A stretch of DNA of 64,000 nt, taken from positions 14,712,871 through 14,776,870 of the forward strand of contig NC_092676.1 of NCBI RefSeq assembly GCF_964355755.1, read 5' to 3'. This DNA comes from Antedon mediterranea (taxonomy: Eukaryota > Animalia > Echinodermata). Shown piece by piece: positions 13,711 to 27,516 of this stretch. Positions within the stretch are counted from its first letter, which is position 1. Every line of letters begins with the position of its first letter. The notes below the pieces were generated by a model. The model saw only the letters and a list, made by a program, of their open reading frames with translations. It was not told the DNA's origin and made no database searches. The translations under genes were made by a program, and so were the position numbers.

Positions 13711-14111
13711 CATTCTGTAAAACTTTCATTTGAGTAAAAGTGGTACGGCCCCGGTCAGTCTAGTTACCGAAAATAACAGAAAACAACCATAGGAAGTCTT
13801 CCCAAACTATCATGTGTTGTGCGCTGCACAAACAATTTAAGCCGACAGTCGGCTATTTACCGGGATTGTCTATTTTTTGATAGGGGTGTACTTTTCAGAT
13901 TAAAAAGTTTATAAAAATGCATGCCATGAGACCCACAATCATCCAATCAAATGACAGGAATTTATTTAGGGTTTATATAACATATTGTATTGATACCGCC
14001 AATGTTGAATATATACATTTAATTAAATTTAGTGTCTGGTGAATTACGTAACATCTCCATCATTATTATGGCCGCTGACTTACTACCTTGGCCTACTACA
14101 GTACTAGCCTA

Positions 14112-14768
14112 AGGGTATGTTCAGACTCGCAGAGTTGCGGTGGAGTTATGTAAGCGGCGTACATATTTTTGTGTCTGAACCATGCCGCAGATTATTAGCG
14201 TTAGGGAGCCGTTACTCCACGCCAGTGGCGTTAATAACTCTAACGGGAGAGGGTAGTAACGCTTATCCAGTGATGCATCAGTGATTTTAACCTTAACCAA
14301 TAAAAAGACAAGACCACGATTAGCAGACAGCAAATCTAGATACCTGTAACCTAGTATACGACAGTGAAATAGCTATGTCAAATGTATTTTAAGGTTTTCA
14401 ATTTAAAAAAACAGTATTTTCATAAATTAAATCAATTAATCAGATAATTGTCCGTGTAATAATTACGTTTTAAATTATTTTGAATTAAAATGCAATTTTA
14501 CAAGTAGTAAGAACAAATCAGTATAATTTTGAAGGTAACATTATGTAAATAAAAATAACAAAAAAAACCCAATTTTACGATGTAAACTTTCATGCATTGT
14601 CATGAATGTATACATATAGTTCTACCTTCGACCTGATCAAAGTGTTTTAAACGCAAGGCATTGGAATGTTGATCGTTGTGTCTGAACACCTTGGCTTTTA
14701 ACGCCACGGATTACCGTACGCCTTGTGTAGATAACTCCACCGTAACTCCGTGAGTCTGAACATACCCT
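14112..14768. mobile_element. MITE with agggtatgttcagactc TIRs
   Basis: Inverted ends agggtatgttcagactc...gagtctgaacataccct flanked by TA on both sides. Confidence 0.8.
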
Positions 14769-15779
14769 TAGGCTACTAAAGTACAGCAAGTAGGCCTACT
14801 GTAGAGGATATTATTAGTAGGGTCTATAATTTACTGTATAAATAAATTTAATGATAACATCTTCTGAAAATTCAAAATGATTGTCACTTCAGTACTCTTT
14901 ATTTATCTCGGCCTACCAAAAAGTAATATCACCTAAATGCATGCTGTTTTCAGTCATATTCAATTTCAGATTATTATTTCTTTCCTTCAGATTTTTCATA
15001 CAAATTTGCAGATGATTTCTAGCATATTATTCGAATACAAACAAGGCGGCGGCTATACAAAAAAAAAATAACTAAGCCAATCATAATGTAGAAGCGCAGT
15101 ACAAATTGAAGAGTACAGTACAGATAATAAATACTGCAACATGTGAACGTGTACAGTAGACTACGTTTTGGATGTGTGGCAACATTTGTAGTTTCGTTTG
15201 GCGTAATCTACGCAGGCTAACATGCTACGCGTATTCTACGAAAGCGATATGTACTGTAGTAGGAGGAGAAATTCAAATATTCAGATGATTATGTACTGTG
15301 CTGCATGCACCACACGAAATTAGTTGTTGTAGAATACAAGTACGATATTATTTTTGTCCAAAACGGAAATCGAATTGGAGCACTCCATTCGTCATTCATT
15401 CGCCCAGTGCGTTTATATCCATGTGTATATGACCCGCCAATGGATACTCTCTGAACTGTTACCTTTTTATGTTTTGTTTTTACCTCATTAGTGAAGTTGA
15501 ATTTTAAAAAAAAGTTTTGCATATTTCCTAACCCTAAAATGTAAATTATAATTTACTAAAATAACATATTTAAATACTATCTAATTTATTATCGCGCATG
15601 ACTAAAACAACAAGATTGTTGAGACAACTTGACCCTCCACCGATTCTCAAATATCATTTAGTTACCATGGAAATGCTGTATAACGTTTTTTTGGGAACAA
15701 TACTGTACATAATTGTGTTCTTATTTTATAAATAAAATTATAATGTATTATTTTATAATGTCAATTAAGAAATCTTTAC

Positions 15780-18038
15780 CTTTATAATATACAAGGTGTA
15801 GTCCTTTGTAATATTCCTTTCATCTTTCATTGTTTCAGTATCAACAATCAGCATACTTTGTATCCAAATACTGCGTTCCTTGTGTAAATTTAAAGATGGT
15901 AAGTCTTCTAAAACTGTCGACTTGAACTTTCTTTTAGATTCACTGTACATGGCTCGTTTCTGCATGGCTGTTTCGTCACCTAAAGTTGAATTATACGTTG
16001 TGTTGAGGTTTGTATTTAAAGATTCAGAATGCTTAATCACATTCTTTTTGTGGTTGGTTACATCTTTTTGTTGAACTTCAAAAACTGTTTGAAAAATCTT
16101 TTGCTGTTCTTTAACAAAATCATGACCCCAATTAGACTGATTATACTCAGAAATTACAATGTCATTTGAAGGTGGTTCAGTATGATTTGTAAATTGGTCG
16201 TCCAGTTCATCTTCAATTGAGGTTTTCCAGCTTTTAAGATTTTCCATTAAATTAGAAAAAACACCATCTCCATCATCATAACTTTCAACACAATCATCTG
16301 AGGAATTGACATCAATTGATGGCAGTTTTGATAGAGCTGAGTCTACCATGCCATGTAGCATTTTGAATGTATCAGATGCAAATCCTGCATCCTGTTTATT
16401 GGATAAAACTAAGTTGTCATCTACTGGACCAGGATCTTTGGCAATCACAAAACCATCTTGAGCATCTTCTTCTCCATCAATAAACCAGAGTTCTGAATCA
16501 TCATTATCTGGAGCGATGCTCTGGAAACTGACAAGAGAGGTTAGACTAGGTACTTTCTTCAGAAGCTTGCTTGGACCTAATTCCGTCATATGAACATTTT
16601 TAGTATTTTCATCAATGACTATTAACTGTTCTGTTTGTGATAAAATAGGAGATGATTTAGAATGATGTAATAATGGTCTTGGCGGACTTGGAAAATATTG
16701 TTGATTTGGTAAAGCACTAACACTAGCAGACTTTTGTAACTTTCTACCATTAAAATCCAAATATGTAGGTACATTGCTATATGTATGAAATACCTTCTGA
16801 TCATCAGAATCGGATGAGTTATACAGAACATCATCGTCTTTTGTGTACTCGCTGTCATCTGGTAATTTATTTCTGGTTTTCCTTTCAATAGTTACATCTT
16901 TGCAGATTATAGGTTTTGTTTCCAAATTAAAATCTTCCACACTAATTTGTTTCTCTATATTATAATTTTGTTCAGAAGAATGAAAAATTGTTTCTGAGGA
17001 AAGGTTATCATCAGTAAGCGGGTCGGTAAGCCATACAATGATGTCATTTAATGTATCTGGATCACTTAATAAATCAACTAAACTTATAAAAACATTGCAT
17101 GCTATAATTTCCTGGAGTAACGACTTTCCAGCTGAGTACCTATAAATATCACTTGGTAGAAGAAACAAGAGTAATAAATTAACAACTTCACGAAAATAAT
17201 CCTCCATGAAACTTTGGTTTTGTGTTGCTTGATGTATTTCAAAATAATGACCATAGACATCCACAATGGTTGAACAACTATTCAATGGCAACTGTTTTAG
17301 CTTCAAAGTACTTATTCGAAACTGACTAACATGTTTTTGTACTTCAGAAAAGATTTGGTGAACAGTACTGTTTATATTAAATTGTTTTGAATGATTTTTA
17401 AACATCTGAAACAAATATCGAAGATGTGTCAACAATTCTTCTGGAACTTGCTGATGACTGCTGATGGATGAGTACCACGATAAAATAAAGTCTTTAAATA
17501 TATGAGTTGTAAAGAGCATTTCTTCATTTGGTAAAGAAGCAACATTGGTTTTTGTAACATGTGGTTGGTTCCTCAAGTGTATTTCAATCATTGAATGCTT
17601 CCTTAATATAGAATCACCTTCGTTGGTATTATCAGCTCTTGATTGCTTGGGTCTAGGGGAACTACAATTAGTTTTCTTCTTTCGCAAATTCTTGTGAAAA
17701 TGAGAAATGTGTTGAAAATAAAAATTAACAATGAAATAAACATATGTTAAAAGGCTATCCGATGACTGAAAATAATTGCTTTCATTCAGAATTTTTGTGA
17801 TAGCTAATGCAGACAGGATAGATAAGAAATAAATAGAAATTATTCCAGGTAGTGTTACAAAGCAGCTAAGCACAAAGATTATTCCTGTCAAAACAAACGA
17901 TCTGTGTAGTGTCGTAAGCCTCTCCCAGTGTGTTTTCAGCCTATTATGCTGCCACGGCCACTGACTAACCTGTTGTTGTTGTTGGTGGTACAGGTCATTA
18001 TAACTGACACTTCTGCTAGTAATAGGCCTAGTCATCAT
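15780..18038 (-). CDS. SNX19: Sorting nexin-19-like, coding exon 1 (TM helices, PXA domain, long acidic linker, start of PX)
   Basis: 753 codons ending AAG|GTAAAG. N-terminal hydrophobic helices, PXA motifs IFKDFILSWYSSIS and LLQEIIACNVF...LLSDPD.LN, PX start YTLYIIK. No RGS domain seen, which favours SNX19 over SNX13/14/25. Confidence 0.88.
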
Positions 18039-19054
18039 AATTAAATAGCTTAGAGGATAGGCTAGTAGTTAAGCTTCGTGAAGTTGGCCTAGGCCTAGCC
18101 TAGGCTACTTACTACGAGAGAGGCTAGTCGATTAGATTAGCCTAGCAAGGTTAATTAATGAAATGTAGTTTCGTACACGCTGCTTACAATTTCAATTAGC
18201 CTACTAGGCCTAGTAATACTAAAAATTGTTTTAATACTTCCTGCAACATACTCAACATCCTGCAAGCATAAAATGGTAAAACATCGATATGACTATTTTA
18301 GTCAACTAATTTATTAATTGCGCACCCTTCAAAAATCCATTTGTCAGTGCTATTGTGTAGTAGTAGGCCTATTATTATGAAAAAAGCTTCGTGATCATCG
18401 ACGCGATCGATCGTAGAGCTGAGAGCAGCATGAGGAGGAGGATCTGGCCCTAGCGATAAAAGTACGGAAGCCTCATAGGACCACAGCCGAACAGATTGAC
18501 ACTTGAAGCGAACAGATGCGCTCTATAGAGGGCGCGGTTACTAATATCAAAGACACACTATCTTTGCTAAAGCATGCACAATATTTTTTTGCATCATTTC
18601 CGACATGAATTTCGCATTTTTAATAAAGAAATAATATACAATAGAGCAGTACCTGACCAATAGATCTTCCTTGCTTAATTCACATTATGATTTCTAAGTA
18701 AAATAAATAAATGAAATAAAAGAAGAATATTAAAAGGTACCATCAATTTATACAGTGCTTCGTTGAGTTCTGAGAAGAATCACCCAGGAGCTACATTATG
18801 ATGTTAACACAATAAACAAAAAGCTTATGACAAATTATTCGTTTTAGTACCGTAATGTTATCACTGTACCGGAAACGTTAATATGGTTTCCAGTTTTAAC
18901 CGTAAAGATTTGTATTGCATATCTATAATAAAAGTCATAATAGGGTAGGAACAATTTTTAAGTAAAAGAAAAGCCATGACGTGGTCGTAGATTACGTCAG
19001 TTCACTTCCATTTGTAATACTAAACATTTGTAGACTGATTTATGTAGGCTATAA

Positions 19055-19072
19055 CTATTATTATTATTAAAC

Positions 19073-19107
<35 letters not shown>
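19055..19107. repeat. (ATT)n microsatellite abutting a hairpin-ended repeat element
   Basis: Run of tattattatt followed directly by the ctagatggtacgc...gcgtaccatctag hairpin. Confidence 0.85.
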
Positions 19108-19108
<1 letters not shown>

Positions 19109-19699
19109 TAGATGGTACGCTCGCTTCGCTCGCGTACCATCTAGGTCGTGCCCACAGATGGTTCTCGAATACATAATAATTTCAGCGTTAAAAAACTGGC
19201 GATTTCAAATGTACGTACCGCAGAACAATAATACATGTCGTTTACAGGAACGAATAAATAGACACTGTGATTTATGTACTCAACTAAAATTAGCACCCTG
19301 GGAATTACTTCCGAAAGAGAAACTTGTCACAAAATGAGACCAATTGTTTAAGTCATTTGTGTTTTGTATGTAACATTAGGGTTGAGGGATGGGGAAGAGG
19401 ATGGGTGCAAAGAGGAACACTTTTTAAATATATTCTTTATCCATTTAGTAACGAAATATTAATTGTTTTCATGTTTTACAAATAATATACCACTACACAC
19501 AGTAAAACATTGCGATTTAATACTTTGTTGAAACTATCACCGTCGATTGAAATAGTACAGTACATGTAACGATACATCACTACGACGTGTATATGTTTAT
19601 ATAATGTAAAGCAATTTGTGAAAACCACCTCTATTCGGGGAAAATCATAAATTCGATTTAATCGTCAATAAATATTAAATTATCTAACTCAACTTAATT

Positions 19700-20858
19700 A
19701 GTAGGCCTAATGGTTTTCAATTGTTTCTTAGAGCCAATTCATACTTAAGTTGGTTCCTACCCTACCCACCAAAGTTGTTCTGCGTTTAGGGCATGTGATG
19801 TACCGTAGGCCTATCCTCTACTGGTTTTACAACGCTACTCATGCCAGTGAGGGAAGGGTATTGATGTGGGTGGTTTAACTGCAATAATAAAGATGTGTAC
19901 ATAATATACGGCGAGTGAAAACCTAGCTCATTATCCGTTTAAAAAAAAGTTATATCCAACCTCTGCAGCACAGATTGAAAAAAAAAATGTATCGAATTTC
20001 TGTTATGAGTATACAGTAGTTGCCTTTACGACGCCTGAGGGAATAGACGCTTGTGGAACAGAGATTGGAATGTTCCATTCATCGCAAATCAATACATTTG
20101 TATAAACGTATATTAAATCTATCAAAATAGTATTTTTTAAAGAAAATCGGCCTGTCTTCAACATTATGATGCTGTACTCGAGCTGTTCAACCGGTTTTCA
20201 GCCATTAAAAACAATTATCGTAGGAGGAGATAGGAAAATGCGAAGCATCCTCGCATTATCGTCTGCGGGTATTTATCAAGACGGACATCCATTAGACAGT
20301 GTACACCACGATCGAAAAACACCCCTATTTGGGGCAAATCGTTGAACCTAAGTTCGTTTTAATCGTCAATAACTAATTATCGAACTCAATTTAATTAGTA
20401 AACAGGGTTACATCAGGCGGTTAAAATCAGTACCGAAAGTACGAACCAAAAGTAGGCCTAATGGTTTTCAATTGTTTCTTAGAGCCAATTCATACTTAAG
20501 TTGGTTCCTACCCTACCCACCAAAGTTGTTCTGCGTTTAGGGCATGTGATGTACCGTAGGCCTATCCTCTACTGGTTTTACAACGCTACTCATGCCAGTG
20601 AGGGAAGGGTGATGATGCGGGTGGTTTAACTGAAATAATAAAGATTTATACATAATATACGGCGAGTGAAAACGCTAGCTCTTTATCCGTTTAAAAAATA
20701 TTTATATCCAACCTCTGCAGCACAGATTGAAAAAAAAATGGATCGAATTTCTGTTATGAGTATACAGTACTTGCCTTTACGACGCCTGAGGGAATAGACA
20801 ATTGTGGAACAGAGATTGGAATGTTCCATTCATCGCAAATCAATACATTTGTATAAAC
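19700..20858. repeat. About 408-bp direct duplication (19700-20107 and 20451-20858)
   Basis: Near-identical blocks agtaggcctaatggttttcaattg...catttgtataaac at an offset of 751 bp. Confidence 0.9.
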
Positions 20859-21519
20859 TTCGTTTTCTTTCATTCTTAGCGTGCAAAATCGTACATCGGC
20901 TATGCCACCTGTATTGTAATGGAAATGCGAATTATTCGTTTAAGTAAGGTGATCATTCAGCCTATAGGCCTAACCTTATTGCTACGTTTTTATTCTAGGC
21001 ATACTCCGTCCCTACACAATTCCATTATAACATGAGGTTTGAACTGAAGTTCTTCGTTATTCTACTAATCCGCCGAATAATTACCAGCTTATCGTTGGTA
21101 CAGAATCTTAATTATACCGCTACGGTTTTGACGTCTATAATAATTTGTTTACTCGGGATTTCCTAATTTTTAATCAAAAACTATGTAATGCAATTTTGGG
21201 ACCATAGTCCTAATTCTGGACCACTTTTTTAATACACTTTTCAGATCTGCTAGTGTTAAAAGATAGGACAGAATTTTTCAAAAGCCGGTGAGTAGTCTTA
21301 AAGTAACAGATAAACTGAAATTGAATTTTTTTGAGAACTACTTGTCCAAAAATCTTCATTTTTGTACAAGAGGCAAGGGTTATAATTTGTGATTCGTAAT
21401 TTTAAAACATAATTTGATTTAATGTACACCTTTGTTGATGCGAGTAGTTTAAAAAACATATTTCGTTTCAAATTCACTCGTTTGATTTTCGCGTTGGTGT
21501 TCTATTGTAAGTCAACTGA

Positions 21520-23926
21520 TAGGCTAGTCAATCTAGCAAAAAAAACAGCCCAAAGTGAAACAAATTGCAAACAGAGATTTTTCTTTTTTAAATGGTCATA
21601 TATGATGAGGAGATCAAAATTTGAGCATCACACCTCTGTCACTCATCCCGATGATATGCAAATTAGCTTAAATATGCAAATTAGGGTGAAATTACAGGGT
21701 TACCATATCGCAAAAACTACTAGTCCGAGAGAGTTGATTTTTTCACTGATCTATTCAAAATGTATATATTTATATTTACTATAATGAAACATTTTACGAA
21801 AAAATGACCGAAAGTACAACATTTGACCTTCGACCTCACTTCTCAATGTTTGCATATACAATGTGACTAAAATGTCTGTAGAGACTTTATTTTGCCCTCA
21901 AATGACCCAGACATAGGTTCCTAATAGCCAGCATAGGATCACTTTGTAATTCCCAAAATCACACCTTTGTCACACACCTCGAAAGTATGCAAATTAGTAG
22001 TACAATTTAAATAAAATATGCAAATAAGGGGAAAAAATTACAGTTGTCCTATATCTCGAAAACCACTAATGCTAGAGAGCTGATTTTTTCACAGCCGTAT
22101 TCAGAATGTACATATTTCTATTTGCTCCAATGAAACATTTTACAAAAAATTGACCGGAAGTATGACATTTGACCCTCGAGCCCATTTCTCAATATTGCAT
22201 ATATAAATGAAACTAAAATGTCTGTAGAGACTTTGTTTTGGCCTCAAATGACTTGGATACAGGTTTTATATAGCCAATATAGGATCGTTTAGTAATTCCA
22301 AAAGTCAAGCAACTCGAAAGTATGCAAATTATTAGTACAAGTTATATGAAATATGCAAATTACAGCCTTATATATCTCAAAAAACGCTAATGACCGATAG
22401 AGATATGGCACCTTTCACCTCTTGTACTACTAATTTGCATATTTTCTAGGGAAGTAACAAAGGTGTGATTTTGAGAATTACTAACAGTTCTATGCTGGCT
22501 ATAGAAAACCTGTATCTGAGTCATTTGAGGCCAAAACAGTCTGTACAGATATTTTAGTTGAATTATATGAAAATATTGAGAAATAGGGTCAAGGGTCAAA
22601 TGTCATAATTCAATCAAGACAATTTTTGCGTAAAATGTTTCATTACAGCGAATATAAATATGTACATTCTGAATCAACTCTGAATTCAAATCAACTCTAC
22701 TAGCATTAATGGTTTTCGAGATATGGGAAGACTGTAATTTCACCCCTAATTTGCATATTTCATGTAACTTGTACTAATAATTTGCATACTTTCAAGGTAT
22801 GTGACAAAGATGTGATTTTGGGAATTACAAAGAGGTCCTATGCTGACGATAGGAAAACTGTATCCGAGTCATTTGAGTCCAAAAAAATTATCTACAGACA
22901 TTTTAGTTGCATTATGTATGCAAACATTGATAAATAGGGTCAAGGGTCAATTGTTGTATTTCCGGTCATTTTTTCGTAAAATGTTTCATTAGAGCAAATA
23001 TAAATATGTACATTCTGAACAAGTTTTTGAAAAAATCAACTCTCTACCTTAGCGGTTTTCGATACATATAGGAACCTGTAATTTCACCCCCTAATTTGCA
23101 TATTTCATGTAACTTGTACTAATAATTTGCATACTTTGAATGTGAGTGATACAGGTGTGATTTTGAGATTTACTAAACATTCCTATGTTGGCTATTAGAA
23201 ACCTGTATCCGAGTCATTTGAGGGCAAAACAAAGTCTCTACAGACATTTCAGTTTTCATTGTAATATTGAGAAATGGGGTCGAGGGTCAAATGTCATAGT
23301 TCCGGGCATTTTTTTGTAAAATGTCTCATTACAGCAAATATAAATATATACATTTTAAATATTTTAGTGAAAAAATTAACACTCTAGCATTAGCGGTTTT
23401 CGAGATATGACAACGCTGTAATTTCACTCCCTAATTTGCATATTTAATATTACTTGTACTACTAATTTGCATACTTTCTAGGTGCGTGACGACGTTGTGA
23501 TGTTAGGAATTATAATACAGTTCTATGGTGGGTATTGAAAAACAATATCCAAGTCATTGAGTCCAAAATAAAGTCTCTACAGACATTTTAATCACATATT
23601 TATGTAAATATTGAGAAATGGGGTCAAGGGTCAAAATTTGGTACTTCCGGACATTTTTATGTAAAATGTCTCATTAGAGCAAATATAAATATATATATTC
23701 TGAACCAGACTGCAAAAATGAACTCTCTACGATTAGTAGTTTTTAAGATATGGTAACCCTGTAATTTCACCCTAATTTGCATATTTAAGCTAATTTGCAT
23801 ACCTTCGGGATGAGTGTCAGAGGTGTGATGCTCAAAAAATAATCACCTTATCATATGTAACCATTTAAAAAAAAAAAATCTCTGTTTGCAATTTGTTTCA
23901 CTCAAAATGCTAGATTGACTAGCCTA
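21520..23926. mobile_element. Academ-like foldback element with internal ~330-350-bp tandem subrepeats, nested in a family E HINE
   Basis: TIR taggctagtcaatctagca / tgctagattgactagccta (TAG...CTA ends), 3-bp TSD tga. The flanks rejoin to match gtcaactgaacctattgtt at 13503. Confidence 0.8.
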
Positions 23927-25681
23927 TGAAGCTATTGTTAATAATTGAAACGCTTGTTACATAATCATTACACCAAACTCGCATACACATGCTTGTAGTG
24001 AAATTTGCCTAAATCACAAACAGCATTAAGACACACACAAATAATTTTTACCGGAGAAATCTTATGTAGGAGAATTTCACAGTAGGTGGAGGTATGCACT
24101 CTCGGAGTGGCTTTTTAGTTTTCGATTTTTTCTGTCCAATCCAAGTAAACTTTTAATTGTAATGAAAGTCCTAAAATTAAATAAGTGTTAATGTATATAA
24201 GCACGAATGAAGTAATTTATAATTCTTCCATAAGCTCACTAATAACATGTGCATAGGCATATTTACAGTAACGGTAAAAGCGTCAAATGTTATATCTTAT
24301 TTGTTTTGTGTATTTGCATTGTATTTAAGTAAAAAAAACGGCTACTACTGTAAGGAAACATTTTTTTTGTACTGTAAGGTAATCATTAATTTAAATAATA
24401 TTAATATCTAATTATTTGCATATCTACAGACTACCACCATTCTCAAAATTATGATTAGCCTATAAACAATCATATTTTTACAATAACGGTAATTTTGAAA
24501 AGCACGTCCTTCTTACCTGCAATAAAATAAATGAAATATATAAATAGCAATAAATACTCATCGTCTAAAAATATCCAGAGGCGGTAATATAATATAAAAA
24601 CGATCACGAAATGTATAATGATCACAAAAACGGTACACGAAAATGTATTTAGTGGGCCCAGGGAAGAGTTAAAACCAGTGATCTAATAGCCGAAGGCTTA
24701 ATGTCTCGATGGTTAAAACTCTTCCCTGGTGCGGCAAATACAAAATAGCGCGACGCAATAAACCCCAGACGATTATAAAAAAAACACGATCAGTATGATA
24801 AAAAAAGCGTGCCATAACAAATTCCAAAAGTTGGTTTTATTGCGACCCAAATAAAACGTGACCGATTTGAGCCCCATCGTCTTGTTTGTTAGGCCCGATC
24901 GTCTGGTCCCCATGATAGTTGTAGTGACACAGAATTAAGACACAAACAAAAATCCTATATTTATCTATATATTTTTTCCAGTGAAATCTTATGTAGGATA
25001 ATTTTACCGGTCAGTCTAATTACCAAAAATAACCGAAAACAACTATAAACCATCCGAAAATAAACCGAAAACAGAATAAAACAAGAAATATTTCTTACAA
25101 AAAACGCCGCTCGCTTGTTGACGTAACAGTTTTAAAGATATGTTGTCCCCCTGACAAATATTTTTTTATTTCAAATTTGTTTGTCACATACCCTAATAGT
25201 TATTACGTCAACCAAACAATATTTACCTGAAACAAATTTTATTTAAAGTGAAAAACACTTAAGAGCCATTGTCTGTAAAAGTCAAAGATTTGGTGGCAGA
25301 TGTAAAAAAATGGATTTCTCTCAAATTTTTACCATGAATAGACATTTCAATAAAAGAATATCTACAACATTCATTTTAATTTTTAGCCTCCGTTGCCATG
25401 ACAACGGTCAATTATCCAAATTTTGATGTTTTTGCCATTTTTCACAGATTTTCTATAGTGAAAAAGTACAAACTTAATTGTATACTTATTTTAACCAAAA
25501 ATACTTACAGTATACAGTTTTTGTTTATAGCAGTGTAAACAACATGTATTGAGTTCCATTTAATGTAGAAAAAAAAAATTTACAAAATGGAGTTTGGTTG
25601 ATACCATTATTTTAAAAAGGGGTGTTTAAAAAAAATTTTTTTTTTATAAAAGTATACCTCATAAACGTACCTATAACTTCC

Positions 25682-26170
25682 TGTCACGAACTCCTCTCAC
25701 GTATGTTTCCGAGCGGTTGAAAATACTTTAGGAACTCCCTTGTGACATAAAAGTATACACACAAAATCCACAAAGTTGTAAAATAACTCAAACAAAGCTT
25801 TAATTTCAATCAACTTCAACTTTTAACAATCCAGTAAGCACTTTAAACAACAGCTTCACAATAACTTTACAATATAATATCCAACCTCTAATCCAACTTC
25901 TTCAAAATAAATGCTTCAATCAAAAATCCTTCTCCCTCTTACAATTGTCATACTTCCCCTTATATACAATATGTTCATAACCTTCTAGATCATTCCTTAT
26001 ACTTCTCATTATTACATGATTACATTACAGTTTCTATTAATAGCACTTCTGGAATGTTCCTGATTGATCTTATTAATTATACATGGTTTCTTAAATCAAA
26101 ACATCTTATTCTAGAATGTTCATGTAAATACATGTTACTCTATAATGTTAGGGAATGGTAATTTATTACA
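25682..26170 (-). mobile_element. Solo LTR (489 bp)
   Basis: TG...CA ends, 5-bp TSD cttcc, TATA-like box on the minus strand. A partial related copy lies at 59600-60115. Confidence 0.8.
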
Positions 26171-27362
26171 CTTCCAAAGTGGTGTTTTTATATAAATGAG
26201 GTTTTGTAATTTGATAGTCAATAGGTTTGTCAACAATAATCACGAAAAAAACACTGGGGTAAATTACGTACATAGGTTTTGTGTTGCCAGGAAAATACGG
26301 AAAATACAAAAAAATAAAAACAAAATATCAACCAACAAAACACATGAAACACAATTTAAATATGGCTAATCCAATAATAAAATGTATATTTGGCTTGTCA
26401 TAATGCTACTAGAGTCATACGAATAGTGTAGATAAAATAGGACAATGTGTTGCCAGGTTTATTTCAATTAATTGCCAGAAAAACAGTATTTTGCATTGAA
26501 ATATTTAGTTGATGGAAAATAATGGTAAACTTTGAAATAATTGCATCAAGGTTTTTATAAATTTTTAAATCAATTTTGTGTAAAGAGATACAGAAAACCT
26601 CCCAAAAAATCTGAACTTGTAAATAGGTCATTTGAGGTCAAAAGGGGTCAGAATGCAAAACAGGACAGGTCCCCACTTTACTATAACTATTAATGTTTGA
26701 TCAAAATTTACAAGATAGTTCATAAAAATTCTCAACAATTTTCATTTTTTACCTATATTGTTACCTTAGCAACCATTTCTATGTGTAACTAAGGAAAGTA
26801 ATTTAAAAAAAACCCCCTAAAATAAGGCGTTTTTATGAATACAAATAATTATCATAAATACAAAACATTTTTTCTAGATAGTTTTACATTTCTACTTTTT
26901 GCCAAATTTACTTTAAATACGGAATCCTAATAATCTCAGAAAGAAAGTCTTGACAAATCTGAATAAAGGTAAAAAATTGACCTTTAGTGTTATCTTAAAC
27001 CTGTTTACATAACTAAGGATAATTTTTTAAAATAAAATATGGAGTTTTCTTGAAAAAAATTTACATTTTACATATTGAGGTCAAATGACATCAACATTTT
27101 ACCTATAGTGTATTGTAGCAACTGTGTCTATACGTAACTAAGTACAATATTTTTAATATGGGGTTTCAAGACTACAAAAATTGCTTAGGCCTACAACATA
27201 GCTTTACTACTTTTTCCCAAATTTACTTATCTACTGAATCCCAGAAAATGTCTGATCTTGTGAAAGGGTCATTTGTTGGGTCAAATTATGTCAAAATGTA
27301 TTATTTATGTTATCTTAGAACCTGTTTCTATGCGTAACTAAGGATAATTGTTTTTTTAAATA

Positions 27363-27516
27363 CAGTTGAACCTCCCGTAAGTGGCCACCCTCGGGACCTG
27401 CAAAAGTGGCCGCTTACGGGCGGTGGCCGCTTACGGTAGGTACCAAATGCACTAATTAGATAGGAAGAACAAACAGGCTTTTAAGGGAGGTGATCGCTTA
27501 CGGGAGGTGCCCGCTG
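27363..27516. mobile_element. Tc1/mariner (pogo/Tigger-like) mini-MITE
   Basis: TA-cagttgaacctcccgtaag...cttacgggaggtgcccgctg-TA. Confidence 0.7.
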
